Shown: positions 18,509 to 28,045 of the stretch, piece after piece
Numbering within the stretch: position 1 is the first letter of the stretch
How the letters are laid out: every line of letters starts with the position of its first letter
From: a virus
Virus record (IMG/VR): IMGVR_UViG_3300047170_000049
Span: 1-64,000 of that record
Reading direction: 5' to 3' (one strand)
DNA: 64,000 nucleotides
Notes under the pieces: model-generated
Told to the model about the DNA's origin: nothing
The model's input: the letters and a program-made list of their open reading frames with translations, nothing else
Database searches by the model: none
Position numbers and translations under genes: made by a program

Positions 18509-19609
18509 TTATGTGCCTACAAATACTGTGCTTGAGCCCGTGATAATGTTTGATATGACTGGGGCACCAAGATTACCAATACCGATACATTGCGAAATAC
18601 CCACGGCTGCAACTGGCACTGAGCCGTCACCAATCATATTGATTGTGCCTTTGAGTTGAGCAATGTTACCGCCTTGGAGCATTAAGTTTGCGCCAGCTTG
18701 GATATTAACGTTTGACCCTGCATTAATATTCCAATTAGAGCCTGATTTTTGATTCACATTAGATGAAACTTCTTGAGTGAAGTTATTGCCTGAGTTCACA
18801 GTCATGTCAGAGCCTGACTTGATAGTCATGGCGTCGCCTGATTCTATGTATTGCTTACCCGTAGCCTTGTCATTGATGTCGCCACCAGAAGTAATAGAGA
18901 TAGCTTTGTTGGCTTTATCTACCAGGATTGTTTCAGATTCATTGGTAATGGTGACATTTTTATTCACGCGGTCGAAGGTCATGGATTGGTTTTCATTATC
19001 GCTAACGATAACCTTGCCGTCTTTATCAATCTTAATCATCGTACCAGAAGCTGCAGCGTTGACTGGGTTACCAGATATGTCTGTGCCTGACTGGAATGAA
19101 ATAGTAAGAGCGCCGTCATTATCAATGAACTGCCTAATTCCATTGAATTGGAAGTCATGGAAGTGGCCGTCATCGGATGTACGAGCGATAGCGTTTTGGA
19201 GGTTCTTCATTCCACCTACGATAAACGCTGAACCTGCTTCCGTAACACCATTCAAGCATAGAACTAATACGAGCGAAGCATTGGTGGTGTTAGGCGTATT
19301 GGAATCAATAGGGTCGGGTCGTAGAGTGTACTCAGTGTAATCAGCTTGCCCACCAAACATATCCATTGTTCTACAACGGAAGTAGGTATGAAGGTTGACT
19401 GAACCATTCTCGTTAGATTCAAACACGTTAACGTCATACTCGATGGACTTACCTGAATAAGAATTGGGGTCATCTGGATAATAAATTTGTACAATCTGGC
19501 CCACAAGTAGCTTGAAGTTTGTCTTCGATAAGCTACGAGCCGATTGCATTGGTTTTGTTGAAAGGCCAGATGGTATTACTGAACCATCGCCTAATTCTTG
19601 CATTGACAT
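18509..19609 (-). CDS. baseplate central spike (gp5 / gpV-like)
   Basis: OB-fold-like N-terminus, 8-residue beta-helix repeats (NINAGSNVNIQAGANLML), C-terminal IITGSSTVFVG. Confidence 0.8.
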   Translation of the reverse strand: MSMQELGDGSVIPSGLSTKPMQSARSLSKTNFKLLVGQIVQIYYPDDPNSYSGKSIEYDVNVFESNENGSVNLHTYFRCRTMDMFGGQADYTEYTLRPDPIDSNTPNTTNASLVLVLCLNGVTEAGSAFIVGGMKNLQNAIARTSDDGHFHDFQFNGIRQFIDNDGALTISFQSGTDISGNPVNAAASGTMIKIDKDGKVIVSDNENQSMTFDRVNKNVTITNESETILVDKANKAISITSGGDINDKATGKQYIESGDAMTIKSGSDMTVNSGNNFTQEVSSNVNQKSGSNWNINAGSNVNIQAGANLMLQGGNIAQLKGTINMIGDGSVPVAAVGISQCIGIGNLGAPVISNIITGSSTVFVGT

Positions 19610-21444
19610 TATCCGATACCTATATTCTTAAGCGCGTTAGTCGCGGAGTTGTTCGCTATCAAGTTACCCAAAGCAGGGTTATTAGCCTGGTTTTGCTGGC
19701 TTGGAACACTTGATGTGCTTTGGTTTGCATCAAGCTTAGGATTATTAACGTCACCACTAATACCAGGCAGTATCTTGTCATTAACAGAAGCCTGGAGTGG
19801 GGTAATGTTGTAATAGTAATTTCCGTCCACTACGATTCCATTGCTTAATAAGGCTGTGGTCATAAAAGACTTAGTTCCAGTAATTTCATCTACACTATAA
19901 CGGTGTTCAATTCCTTCAATGTGAAATAGAACGTTTTGGTACTGAAGGTTGTCACCAACGCATATAGGTTCATATATACCACTCATTGTGATAGAACCGT
20001 TCAATTTTAAATGTCCGTTGATGTACCAGTCGCTAATTAGGTCAGTCCACGAACGGATGTTTGAGTTTAAGTTATTGGATTTAGTGCCATTACCGTTAAC
20101 ATCGGCATTATTCGTAAAGGTCCCGAAACGTCCACCCGTTCTTAAAATATCTAAATCGTCTATGGCGTAGTTCTTAGCCACAAGTTGATTATAGGTGGTC
20201 GCATCTGGATTAGCGAAGCTTGGTGACTTACCATAAACTTGGATAAAGTTAAATCGCACGGCGTCCGATGTACCAATGTTATAGTTCTGGATTTGTCGTT
20301 CAGCGGCAATGCTCCATACGGGTAAGTCTAAGAAGTTGGTAACAGGTATAGCATTGGAGTTTTGGAAGAACTTAGACGTAAAGGGCTTTTGTCGTATTAC
20401 CAATGTGGGCGCTATGTCACCTGAACCATCGCAACGTAAGCATGTGAACATCTCATTGATAGTCCCGTTACAATGTTGCTCTAATAGTCCCCATACGGTG
20501 GAATTAGAGAAGTTACTGGCAGGTACGAAGACATACCCATTGAGTTGAGTTGAAATGTCAGGTTCAAAGATTTTAGCATTAGGGTCAGTGACTTGGCTAT
20601 TGGGATACTTTTGAATGCCGATAAGTACGTTAAGCAAGTCATCGTATGTGTAACCAATGGCCTTAGTACCTGATGTGTCGAAGTTTAAGAACTGTGCTAC
20701 CAATGCAGGAATTGATAAGGCTTGGTTGGGAGTCTTAACTGCACCTTTGATGACACGGTTCTTAGGAGAAGGTCCAACGCCAAGGAATGTTTCGATAATG
20801 AAATTAAGAACGTCTTCTACGTTTTGTGATGGCTTACCATCGAACAATGCACGCCACTTATCTGAAATCTTAGCTAGGTCAAGGATTTGTGCTGCAGCGG
20901 CAGATTGCAATAGTTCATTGAAGTAGATTTGTGATTCAAGCTCAGTGAAAGCCTTAAGAGTTACGTTGTAACGGATAGACTTAATGCCTGTACCGCCGTC
21001 GGTGCTACTCACTTCACGGATTGCATTGACCTTACCATAGAACTTGAGACCAGAATCAAATCCACCATTAGGTAAGTTGTCGCCGAAAGCATTCTTTGTT
21101 TGAGCATTGGCCATGACTTGTTGGAATAAGCCAGCGTCATTGTGCATTATAATGAATGCGTTATCACCTGGAGCTAGGTTACGCATATAATCGTAGTTCT
21201 GGCCCGTGAGCATTACATCGGCTGTTTGGGTAGCAGAACCTTTATTATTAGTGATACTTACCGATAAGAGGTCTGAGGTAGAAATGATTATGCCTGTAGA
21301 AATGGCATTCGATGGTACGTTCTTAACATCATCGGTCGCGTGAAAGGTGTCACGGATAGAATAGGGCAGGAACACAATAGCAGCATTTGGAACTGACTGT
21401 TGTGAATCGCCTGAATTATTTTTGATGTTATATACTTGTGCCAT
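19609..21444 (-). CDS. baseplate hub protein (gp27 / gpD-like)
   Basis: Lies between tape measure and spike; PTLVIRQKPF, NGSITMSG...VGDNL...FHIEGIEHRY. Confidence 0.75.
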   Translation of the reverse strand: MAQVYNIKNNSGDSQQSVPNAAIVFLPYSIRDTFHATDDVKNVPSNAISTGIIISTSDLLSVSITNNKGSATQTADVMLTGQNYDYMRNLAPGDNAFIIMHNDAGLFQQVMANAQTKNAFGDNLPNGGFDSGLKFYGKVNAIREVSSTDGGTGIKSIRYNVTLKAFTELESQIYFNELLQSAAAAQILDLAKISDKWRALFDGKPSQNVEDVLNFIIETFLGVGPSPKNRVIKGAVKTPNQALSIPALVAQFLNFDTSGTKAIGYTYDDLLNVLIGIQKYPNSQVTDPNAKIFEPDISTQLNGYVFVPASNFSNSTVWGLLEQHCNGTINEMFTCLRCDGSGDIAPTLVIRQKPFTSKFFQNSNAIPVTNFLDLPVWSIAAERQIQNYNIGTSDAVRFNFIQVYGKSPSFANPDATTYNQLVAKNYAIDDLDILRTGGRFGTFTNNADVNGNGTKSNNLNSNIRSWTDLISDWYINGHLKLNGSITMSGIYEPICVGDNLQYQNVLFHIEGIEHRYSVDEITGTKSFMTTALLSNGIVVDGNYYYNITPLQASVNDKILPGISGDVNNPKLDANQSTSSVPSQQNQANNPALGNLIANNSATNALKNIGIG

Positions 21445-23642
21445 TATGAAGCGCCTGCGTTTCTACCAAACTTAGAATTGATACGTGATGCAGCTAAATC
21501 TAGTGCAGTAATAAAAGCTCCAAGACTCTTATTCAAAGCCTTACCATCTAATACGGTTGGGTCTTTATCCCCAGGATTGAGTGTTTCGTTTACGGTGTTT
21601 GCAATGTCCGTAGACTTCTTAATGTCGTTAGCACTTAGCTTAGTGTCGGTATCAATTTGTTGCTTTTGTTCACCTTCCAAGATTGCGTTGTTAGCTTGGA
21701 ACGCCTTTGAGTTATCTTGGTTACGTTGATTATCGACCACAGCTTGATTGACTGCTTTATTTTCAGCATCAGTGGATAGGATACTTCCACCTTTACCACG
21801 AGCCTTGAAGCCGTTTTGTTCTTGGTTAAGTTTAGCTTGCACCGTCTTTAGGTCTACGCGTTGGCCAGCAATAGCTGCACGTTTGATTTCTTTTTGAAGT
21901 GCAGTACCCTTGATTAACCCACCATTGACTTGTTCTTGTTGTTTAGTGAGTTCACCAGCCATTTTGATTTGTTGGTCATGACCGATACCTAAAGCTGCCA
22001 ACGTAGGGTTTTGTCCTTTAGTAATACCAGCTAGGTCGTTTTGTAATTCTTGTTTGATGGCTAATGATTTTGCCACGTCGCCACCAGCGTACTTACTGGA
22101 TATACGAGTCTGCATGTAATCACCGATACCACCAGCATTCGATTCAGCTTGGCGTAAGCTTACTGCACCCATAGAGGCTTGAACTTCACGCATAAGTTGA
22201 ATTGGGTCACGAGTGTTGGATAGACCTGAACCGATTAAGTCAGTGAAGGCTGCCGTATTGGATGTTCCACCAGTATTAGCTGCGAGTTGTGCGGCACCTG
22301 CATTGATTGCAGATTCAACTGCATTATCATTGAGGCCCATGGCTTTTGTTTTATTCATTGCAGCTTCAGCGCCACGAGCACCACTGGTATCGTAGTTTTG
22401 TAGATTACCTACGGTGCCTGCAATTTCACTAGCGTTATAGCCAAAGCGTTGTTGCATACGACCAGCTAAGTTAGTAGCCGATATTGCGCCTGCACCGCCA
22501 GTAGTACCTTTAAGTGATTGAGCTAACCCAATAGATTCGTCTTGTGATAAATCTCCAAATGTGTTGGCCATATTGGTAAAGCTAGAAAGTTGCTTCTCAT
22601 TGAGATTCAACCCACGCATTGCATTTACGTTACGACCTGAAGTGTTTAGAACGTGACTATAGAGGTGTGGTAAAATGGAATTATCTTTAATTGCTTCAAG
22701 GTTTTGTTGACCTAATTGAGTAATACGTTCGGCTCTTCCACCTTGGAAGTAGTCGCGATATGCCATGGGCACTACGCTACTTAAACCACGAATGAGTCCT
22801 GCACCGCCACCCCATAAGGCTCCAGTAGCAGCACCAGCGGCAGTTCCTGCGCCTGGAACAATACTACCACCCAATGCACCTAATGCGGCACCACCCAATG
22901 CACCTTCGATAGCTGGCCTGAATATGCCTGTAGTATAGTCACTGAATTGCTGTAAAGTAGCACCAGTTTTTGCACGCTTATAAGACTTAGACATTGCACC
23001 GTATTTGGCTTCCATTAAGAAGTCGGTGTTATTACCTTGGTAAGAACCAATCCTACGGCCAATTTGTGGTGAGCCTACATTACCAGCAATATTATAGGCA
23101 CCGTTATAGAGTTGAGGGGCCGATTGAATTGCTGATACGAGTGCAGCGCCTACGGCAGCGCCTAGCATCTTAGTTTTGAATCCCATCTTAGGAGCGGCAT
23201 CTTCTGGCGTGAGCATATCGGCTGTTTCTTGAGCCGTCGTAGCATCACGGGAAGACTGCATCATCTTTTGATTGAACTTACTCTTTTGTCTAATGGCACG
23301 GTCTAAAGCTTTTTGGTCATTAGCTTCTCTAGCACGAGCAATCTTTTCATCGGCCTGGATTGCGTGCTTCATGTATTTATCAGTAGCGGAGATTAACTTT
23401 TGAACATCTTGCGTTGCAGTTTCTTTGAGGGTTTTAGATAAGACCTTGCCTGCACTGGATAGGTTAAATCCAACTTTAGCAGCAAGCTTTTCAATGCCTA
23501 CTAGTTCTTTTGTTACGGCTTTGTAAGTGGCGACACTGGGACCTCGTTCAAGGTCCTTCATTATCTTCTTGGTCTCTTCGCCTTTTTTCTTAAGGTCTGA
23601 GTTGTCCCCTTTAATACTTACTTTAATTGAATGTTCTGACAC
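21444..23642 (-). CDS. tape measure protein
   Basis: Ala/Gly-rich helical 732 aa; IKVSIKGDNSDL N-terminus; between chaperones and hub. Confidence 0.75.
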   Translation of the reverse strand: MSEHSIKVSIKGDNSDLKKKGEETKKIMKDLERGPSVATYKAVTKELVGIEKLAAKVGFNLSSAGKVLSKTLKETATQDVQKLISATDKYMKHAIQADEKIARAREANDQKALDRAIRQKSKFNQKMMQSSRDATTAQETADMLTPEDAAPKMGFKTKMLGAAVGAALVSAIQSAPQLYNGAYNIAGNVGSPQIGRRIGSYQGNNTDFLMEAKYGAMSKSYKRAKTGATLQQFSDYTTGIFRPAIEGALGGAALGALGGSIVPGAGTAAGAATGALWGGGAGLIRGLSSVVPMAYRDYFQGGRAERITQLGQQNLEAIKDNSILPHLYSHVLNTSGRNVNAMRGLNLNEKQLSSFTNMANTFGDLSQDESIGLAQSLKGTTGGAGAISATNLAGRMQQRFGYNASEIAGTVGNLQNYDTSGARGAEAAMNKTKAMGLNDNAVESAINAGAAQLAANTGGTSNTAAFTDLIGSGLSNTRDPIQLMREVQASMGAVSLRQAESNAGGIGDYMQTRISSKYAGGDVAKSLAIKQELQNDLAGITKGQNPTLAALGIGHDQQIKMAGELTKQQEQVNGGLIKGTALQKEIKRAAIAGQRVDLKTVQAKLNQEQNGFKARGKGGSILSTDAENKAVNQAVVDNQRNQDNSKAFQANNAILEGEQKQQIDTDTKLSANDIKKSTDIANTVNETLNPGDKDPTVLDGKALNKSLGAFITALDLAASRINSKFGRNAGAS

Positions 23643-23646
23643 TTAT

Positions 23647-24099
23647 TTAATCCTTCAAAATCTTATTGACGCTTTTTGCAAGCTGGTTGATGGCGTCTTT
23701 AGCAGCGGCTTCAAGCTTTTCTGCGTCCTTGACCTTAGCTTTGGCTTTTTGAGCTTCTTCTTCACGAAGCTTACGGTTCATTTCAGCAATCCACGCATCG
23801 TCATCACTTAGTAATTCATTGCGCGGATTAGCGTACTTGGGAGGTTCGAGCATGATTGATGGTTTCTTATCGGTCAATTCAGCTAAACGCTCTTGCAAGT
23901 CTTCCTTGGTGTAATCTTCCATTTGGTCTTCCATGTAGATTAGAAGTGCATCAGGCACTGTCACTAGTTCATGAGCCAAATGAAGTGGGGTATTGTAAGT
24001 CTTTGAATAGTGACGATAAGCACGTTCGATATAAACGTCAATGTCATCACTGAGACAATTCTTAATCGCAATTTTTCTTAGATTAACTACCAAATTCAT
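23647..24099 (-). CDS. tail assembly chaperone (second, gpT-like position)
   Basis: Immediately upstream of the tape measure gene; charged helical. Confidence 0.55.
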   Translation of the reverse strand: MNLVVNLRKIAIKNCLSDDIDVYIERAYRHYSKTYNTPLHLAHELVTVPDALLIYMEDQMEDYTKEDLQERLAELTDKKPSIMLEPPKYANPRNELLSDDDAWIAEMNRKLREEEAQKAKAKVKDAEKLEAAAKDAINQLAKSVNKILKD

Positions 24100-24469
24100 T
24101 TTTGTTTTCTTGTTCGGCTATTTCTTCTACTTTTTTAAGCCAAGTTTCATATTCTTTGGCAATTGCAAGCATTAAATCGTAAATAGGCTGGGCATCAACT
24201 AGGAGTTGCCCGTTGTTTGAGCCTTCCCACCAAGTAGGCGATTTTACTATCCTTACCGCTAATTCGGCTAACGAGGAAGCCTTGAACTTGGTATCTTCGT
24301 CTACTCCCTTATCATCGGGTAGAAGCTCACTGTAGAGCCTTTCAAACTTAAAGCGTTCTGCGTGGGTCATAAGCAATTTGACCTCGAACACACCAATCCA
24401 TGGGCGCTTGGTAATTTCACCAGTTGAATCTAAATTGATTTGAACGATGTGGTTTGGCAACTTCGTCAT
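24083..24469 (-). CDS. tail assembly chaperone (start moved to 24469)
   Basis: LAELAVRIVKSPTWW; the late-promoter motif lies inside the listed 5' extension. Confidence 0.6.
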   Translation of the reverse strand: MTKLPNHIVQINLDSTGEITKRPWIGVFEVKLLMTHAERFKFERLYSELLPDDKGVDEDTKFKASSLAELAVRIVKSPTWWEGSNNGQLLVDAQPIYDLMLAIAKEYETWLKKVEEIAEQENKNEFGS

Positions 24470-24529
24470 AAGCGTTTTAATTCCTAATGTATTGGATGTA
24501 GAAGGCAGGAGAGGGGTGATAGAATCATA

Positions 24530-24555
24530 ATTAAGATTTCCGTCTAAACACCTGA
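24530..24555 (-). promoter_or_regulatory. putative phage late promoter
   Basis: TCA-ggtgt-TTA-gacgg-AAATCTTAAT upstream of the chaperone-TMP-hub-spike operon. Confidence 0.75.
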
Positions 24556-24586
24556 TTTTACTCATGAATAAAATGTTAAAAATTAA

Positions 24587-24615
24587 TTGCGCTATGTTTC
24601 AAAGTTAGGTATTAT
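24587..24615 (+). promoter_or_regulatory. sigma70-type promoter
   Basis: TTGCGC-N17-TATTAT, followed by GGAGG and ATG 24634. Confidence 0.6.
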
Positions 24616-24633
24616 TAAGTCATGGAGGGTTTT

Positions 24634-24798
24634 ATGAAATTACTATGGAAAGCCTACTACTTATTCAAAAAGGCCCACACTAAGGACGACTTGGTTCTTA
24701 AGGCTGACCGTTTAAGTGGCAAGAAGCCCGTTACGGTTGGGTACAGCATGGATTTATACGAGTTTACGCGCTTTGGCGACATGAGGAACACCAAATGA
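24634..24798 (+). CDS. 54-aa hypothetical protein (below ORF-track cutoff)
   Basis: GGAGG SD; MKLLWKAYYLFKK... Confidence 0.6.
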   Translation: MKLLWKAYYLFKKAHTKDDLVLKADRLSGKKPVTVGYSMDLYEFTRFGDMRNTK

Positions 24799-24962
24799 CT
24801 TTAACCTTAGCTTTGTTCCTTTATGTGATTATTACGGGCCTAGCGACCTTTATAGGAATGCAGGAGTATGGTGGGCGAGCGACCGTAGTTGAGTTTGCCG
24901 TTGCCATGTTCACTGGATGGGCCGCCATACCAATAAGGCTCTTAGTTAAGCTTGTCCGATGA
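24795..24962 (+). CDS. 55-aa membrane protein
   Basis: ATGA overlap; two hydrophobic segments. Confidence 0.55.
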   Translation: MTLTLALFLYVIITGLATFIGMQEYGGRATVVEFAVAMFTGWAAIPIRLLVKLVR

Positions 24963-25028
24963 GAGATGAGTTGTGTTTGATTTTTTTATTAATCATGACC
25001 CTATTTTGGGTTTTAGGCGGTAAGTGAT

Positions 25029-25190
25029 ATGTCCTATAACGACGAGCTTTGTGAATACTGCGAGAAATCCCAAGGCAGTCGCCTGAGATATGTCTCGTGC
25101 TGTAAGATGCACCTATGCAATGAGTGTTTGCATGACCATGGATGCGCGAAAGGAGAACAACCCGCTACTGATGCCGATGATGACAACTAA
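25029..25190 (+). CDS. 53-aa Cys/His-rich zinc-finger-like protein
   Basis: CEYC...SCCKMHLCNECLHDHGC. Confidence 0.6.
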   Translation: MSYNDELCEYCEKSQGSRLRYVSCCKMHLCNECLHDHGCAKGEQPATDADDDN

Positions 25191-25386
25191 ACTGTCAAAC
25201 TTTTTGACTGTCTAGTAAGTTACGAACGTTTTTGAGCACTTAGGAAAAGTGAACACAAGTTGACCGATAGGTAGGTCTTTCAACCTATCGAAACCACACG
25301 AAGTGGATGCTGGCACGACGCCTGCACTAAGGACTTGTATCGAACGAACGGTAGAATCAAACCAGTAGAACGTATGAGGGGGACCT

Positions 25387-25593
25387 ATGTTAACGAATAC
25401 CAATCAAGTGCCTGCTAGAACTTATGCCGCTGTTGAGGCAATCCTAGAAGTGGATGTTGAGTTTATCGCAAATGATAAACGTTATTTCTTTGCCGCTGGC
25501 TCCACAATCACTGTAGACCTTAATGAGAACATTGGATTTGCTCAAGGCGTCCACTTCTCACTTGAGCGTGACGAGTTTTCCATTCCTAATTAA
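25387..25593 (+). CDS. hypothetical protein
   Basis: GAGGGGG SD; 68 aa beta-rich. Confidence 0.7.
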   Translation: MLTNTNQVPARTYAAVEAILEVDVEFIANDKRYFFAAGSTITVDLNENIGFAQGVHFSLERDEFSIPN

Positions 25594-25620
25594 TCTATAA
25601 GCTAAAGTTGTTGTGCTGGT

Positions 25621-25639
25621 CCCCTGCGATAAGCAGGGG
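25621..25639 (+). terminator. GC-rich hairpin after 25387..25593
   Basis: CCCCTGC-GATAA-GCAGGGG; no clear U-tract. Confidence 0.4.
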
Positions 25640-25703
25640 CATAGCCACATATGGCAACATACAATCTAAAAAATCGTCGAACTTTTGTGCATATATTTTC
25701 AAA

Positions 25704-25730
25704 TAATTTCAAGCATTTGCTTACCGATAT
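25704..25730 (+). promoter_or_regulatory. weaker sigma28-type promoter
   Basis: TAAT-N15-ACCGATAT directly before the candidate structured RNA. Confidence 0.45.
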
Positions 25731-25739
25731 GTAAATCAG

Positions 25740-25882
25740 GTATAGTTAAGTGAGCCCGTAGACTCAGCATTAACTCTTATTTTATTCGGTTTTAAAATAA
25801 ACTAATTTGTCCTCAAAGCTAATACCAAAAGTGTCTAAGAAGTTCCTAAGAGTTGGGGCCACTTAGGTATGAGTGTCTATAC
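25740..25882 (+). ncRNA. candidate structured RNA or structured leader
   Basis: Nested complementary blocks GTATAG/CTATAC, TAAGTG/CACTTA, GCCC/GGGC, AACTCTTA/TAAGAGTT, plus crossing ACTCA/TGAGT; no ORF. Confidence 0.4.
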
Positions 25883-26007
25883 TCCTTACATTCTAAAAAT
25901 CCCTATCTGCACCAAAACTAGACTTGACCCGTGGCACGCCTGTTGCTAATACTAACAATAACAACTTAATTAACTGCACCCTATGGTGCTTAACCAGGAG
26001 AATAAAG

Positions 26008-26601
26008 ATGTTCAATGAATCAACGGTAAAAGCAGTGTTCGAGTCTACCCCTACGGCTGGCACAATTCGAGATGTTCTAAGCGAACGTATTCGATTTCGC
26101 CACCAAACAAACCTCAACAAATTCAGGAACGACCTCTTAAGTGCTGGTCACAAGATTGTTGAAAAAGAATATATCGAGACCTTTCAGAAGCTAGACCAAC
26201 TTGGTGTAGGGTCACTGATTATTGGTCGCCGTGGCAAGCCTAACCGCTTCCTGTGGAACTATAACCTCAAGGACGTAGCAAAGTCTGCCAAAGGCACGGC
26301 TAAGGCTACCACACCCATCGTTAAAGTCGAAGCGAAAGCTGAAGCAGCACCCGTTAAAAAAGAAGTTAAAATGGGCTTGACAAAGCGCGGCAGACCCTTT
26401 AGAAAGGTGCTTGCTGCACCGAGTCAACCCGCGAAACTGGCTACCCAAGTGAGCGTCCCTGTGCCAAAGATTTCTGCAGCACCTGTAGTTAACAAAGATG
26501 TTGCGAAAGCTCCGTTGGCCGTTACGATTAACTTACCATCGAACGTAAGCAAGGATGACATTGCAGCACTCTTACAGCTTGTGAGTGAATTGGGAAAATG
26601 A
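26008..26601 (+). CDS. putative DNA-binding protein (winged-helix-like N-terminus, Lys/Ala/Pro-rich tail with AT-hook-like KRGRP)
   Basis: AGGAG SD before 26008; FQKLDQLGVGSLIIGRRGKPNRF; KRGRP. Confidence 0.6.
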   Translation: MFNESTVKAVFESTPTAGTIRDVLSERIRFRHQTNLNKFRNDLLSAGHKIVEKEYIETFQKLDQLGVGSLIIGRRGKPNRFLWNYNLKDVAKSAKGTAKATTPIVKVEAKAEAAPVKKEVKMGLTKRGRPFRKVLAAPSQPAKLATQVSVPVPKISAAPVVNKDVAKAPLAVTINLPSNVSKDDIAALLQLVSELGK

Positions 26602-26966
26602 AAGTATTGGTCATCGAACCAGAAGATGATATAGCAAACGTCATCGAAGACATTCTAAAAGAAGAACTCCCTAATTGTGAGGTAATAAAAGCTAAGACAA
26701 TACCTGCAGTTAGGGAACTTCTTAAGGATGGGAGTGTAGGATTTATTATTGCGGACCACTACTACTCTTATCATTCTAAACTTTTAGATTTATTTAAAGA
26801 CTTGACCCACACTGAGATTTTGATATTAAGTTCATACAAAGGGGTGGAAGAGCATTGTGCTCATATCAAAAATAAACACATAGTGAAAAAACCATTCAGC
26901 TTAGACGAACTATGTGGTGTTATCAGGAGGGTTAAGGGTGAAGGTAAGGACCAAGGACCAACTTAA
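26598..26966 (+). CDS. stand-alone response-regulator receiver (CheY-like) domain
   Basis: KVLVIE, FIIAD (phosphoacceptor), ILILSS, KPFSLDEL. Confidence 0.8.
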   Translation: MKVLVIEPEDDIANVIEDILKEELPNCEVIKAKTIPAVRELLKDGSVGFIIADHYYSYHSKLLDLFKDLTHTEILILSSYKGVEEHCAHIKNKHIVKKPFSLDELCGVIRRVKGEGKDQGPT

Positions 26967-27102
26967 GCAGCTAAAGAAAAAAGAGCTTGTTGAGCTAATA
27001 CTAAAGATGCAAGACGTAGCAATGGACGCAAGGAGGCTAGTCGAGTCCACTGTTATCGCATTAGCGATAATTAAAGCTCACAAAGAAAGAAAATGCCATT
27101 AA
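26914..27102 (+). CDS. small basic helical protein
   Basis: LKQLKKKELVELILKMQ; true start probably GTG near 26938. Confidence 0.5.
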   Translation: MVLSGGLRVKVRTKDQLKQLKKKELVELILKMQDVAMDARRLVESTVIALAIIKAHKERKCH

Positions 27103-27159
27103 ACATAGGCTGTTAAAACTTTATGAAATAAGTGCAAAAAGAGTGATATATAGTCTTAT

Positions 27160-27738
27160 GTGGCTAGAATTGTGTTCTTACTTCTATTATGTTGCATCTC
27201 CGCTAAGGCACTAGAATTAGTACCGCCTTATCCATGGGAAGTGACCGATGAAAATGCCCGTCGAATTCACGAATGGGACCGCATTGTTGCGTGCAAGCCA
27301 CCCGAAGATACCTTCATTAAAACCTACGTTAAGCCACCAGGCAATTTAGCCGCTGGTGACCAGGTTACAGCCATTCAAGGCAAGTTTCTGGCTAATGAAG
27401 AAAACATCGTATTAGACCAAGCCAAGAACGCGGCTTCCAAGGCCGTCATAGAATCTAACCCTAGCCTACAGAAGACCATGGATAAAGCCCAGGCCATGGC
27501 TCCTAAAGTCCAAGCCACCACATTTAGTATCAAGCACGACTTGAAATATGACCTTCCAAGTAATACGGCGCTATACACTGCACAAGCTGACTCAGTGAAC
27601 TTTACTTGGCGACATGAAACTTATAATTCCATGGACCATGCAAGTTTAGCCTATAAGGTTAACCCCGAATGCAGCTATGGCATTAGGATTGATTCCCCAT
27701 TCACATCACCGTTATTGTTTTTAGAAAGCAAGTGGTAA
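27160..27738 (+). CDS. exported hypothetical protein
   Basis: Signal peptide MARIVFLLLLCCISAKA; beta-rich C-terminus ending in W. Confidence 0.7.
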   Translation: MARIVFLLLLCCISAKALELVPPYPWEVTDENARRIHEWDRIVACKPPEDTFIKTYVKPPGNLAAGDQVTAIQGKFLANEENIVLDQAKNAASKAVIESNPSLQKTMDKAQAMAPKVQATTFSIKHDLKYDLPSNTALYTAQADSVNFTWRHETYNSMDHASLAYKVNPECSYGIRIDSPFTSPLLFLESKW

Positions 27739-28044
27739 ATGACTGCCGATGAAGTTCTCACAGTAGAAAAAGGTAATTGGGTTGTCCCAATGGTGACTTT
27801 AAAATTTAACAACTTCAACATGCTTACCATGCACAAAGCATATTGCGTCGAAGGTGTTGAACGCAGTGAGTACCCACTTAACTCTAGAGACCCACAATCT
27901 GCGATTCTAACTGATACTTATATTTACATCAAAAACGACGAAGGTCACATTGCCCCATTCAATTTAGAAGGTGGCGTTCAATGGCTTCTTTTAAAAACAG
28001 AAGAAGAAGCGCATCTCTACGAAACACTGTTCTCTAAGGAATAA
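27739..28044 (+). CDS. LLYG-tail family protein
   Basis: VEKGNWVV; ends TEEEAHLYETLFSKE. Confidence 0.75.
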   Translation: MTADEVLTVEKGNWVVPMVTLKFNNFNMLTMHKAYCVEGVERSEYPLNSRDPQSAILTDTYIYIKNDEGHIAPFNLEGGVQWLLLKTEEEAHLYETLFSKE

Positions 28045-28045
28045 A

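Noticed and set aside
24083-24120. Programmed -1 frameshift between the tail chaperone genes
   Set aside because: The second ORF is in the +1 frame with its own ATG, and I found no XXXYYYZ slippery heptamer at the junction.
25262-25386. c-di-GMP-I (GEMM) riboswitch resemblance (AAACCAC...GAAGTGG...CTAA) and a CGATAGGT/ACCTATCG hairpin
   Set aside because: It lacks the GGCAAA and GACGCAAAGC core and a convincing second stem; an Infernal hit would be needed.
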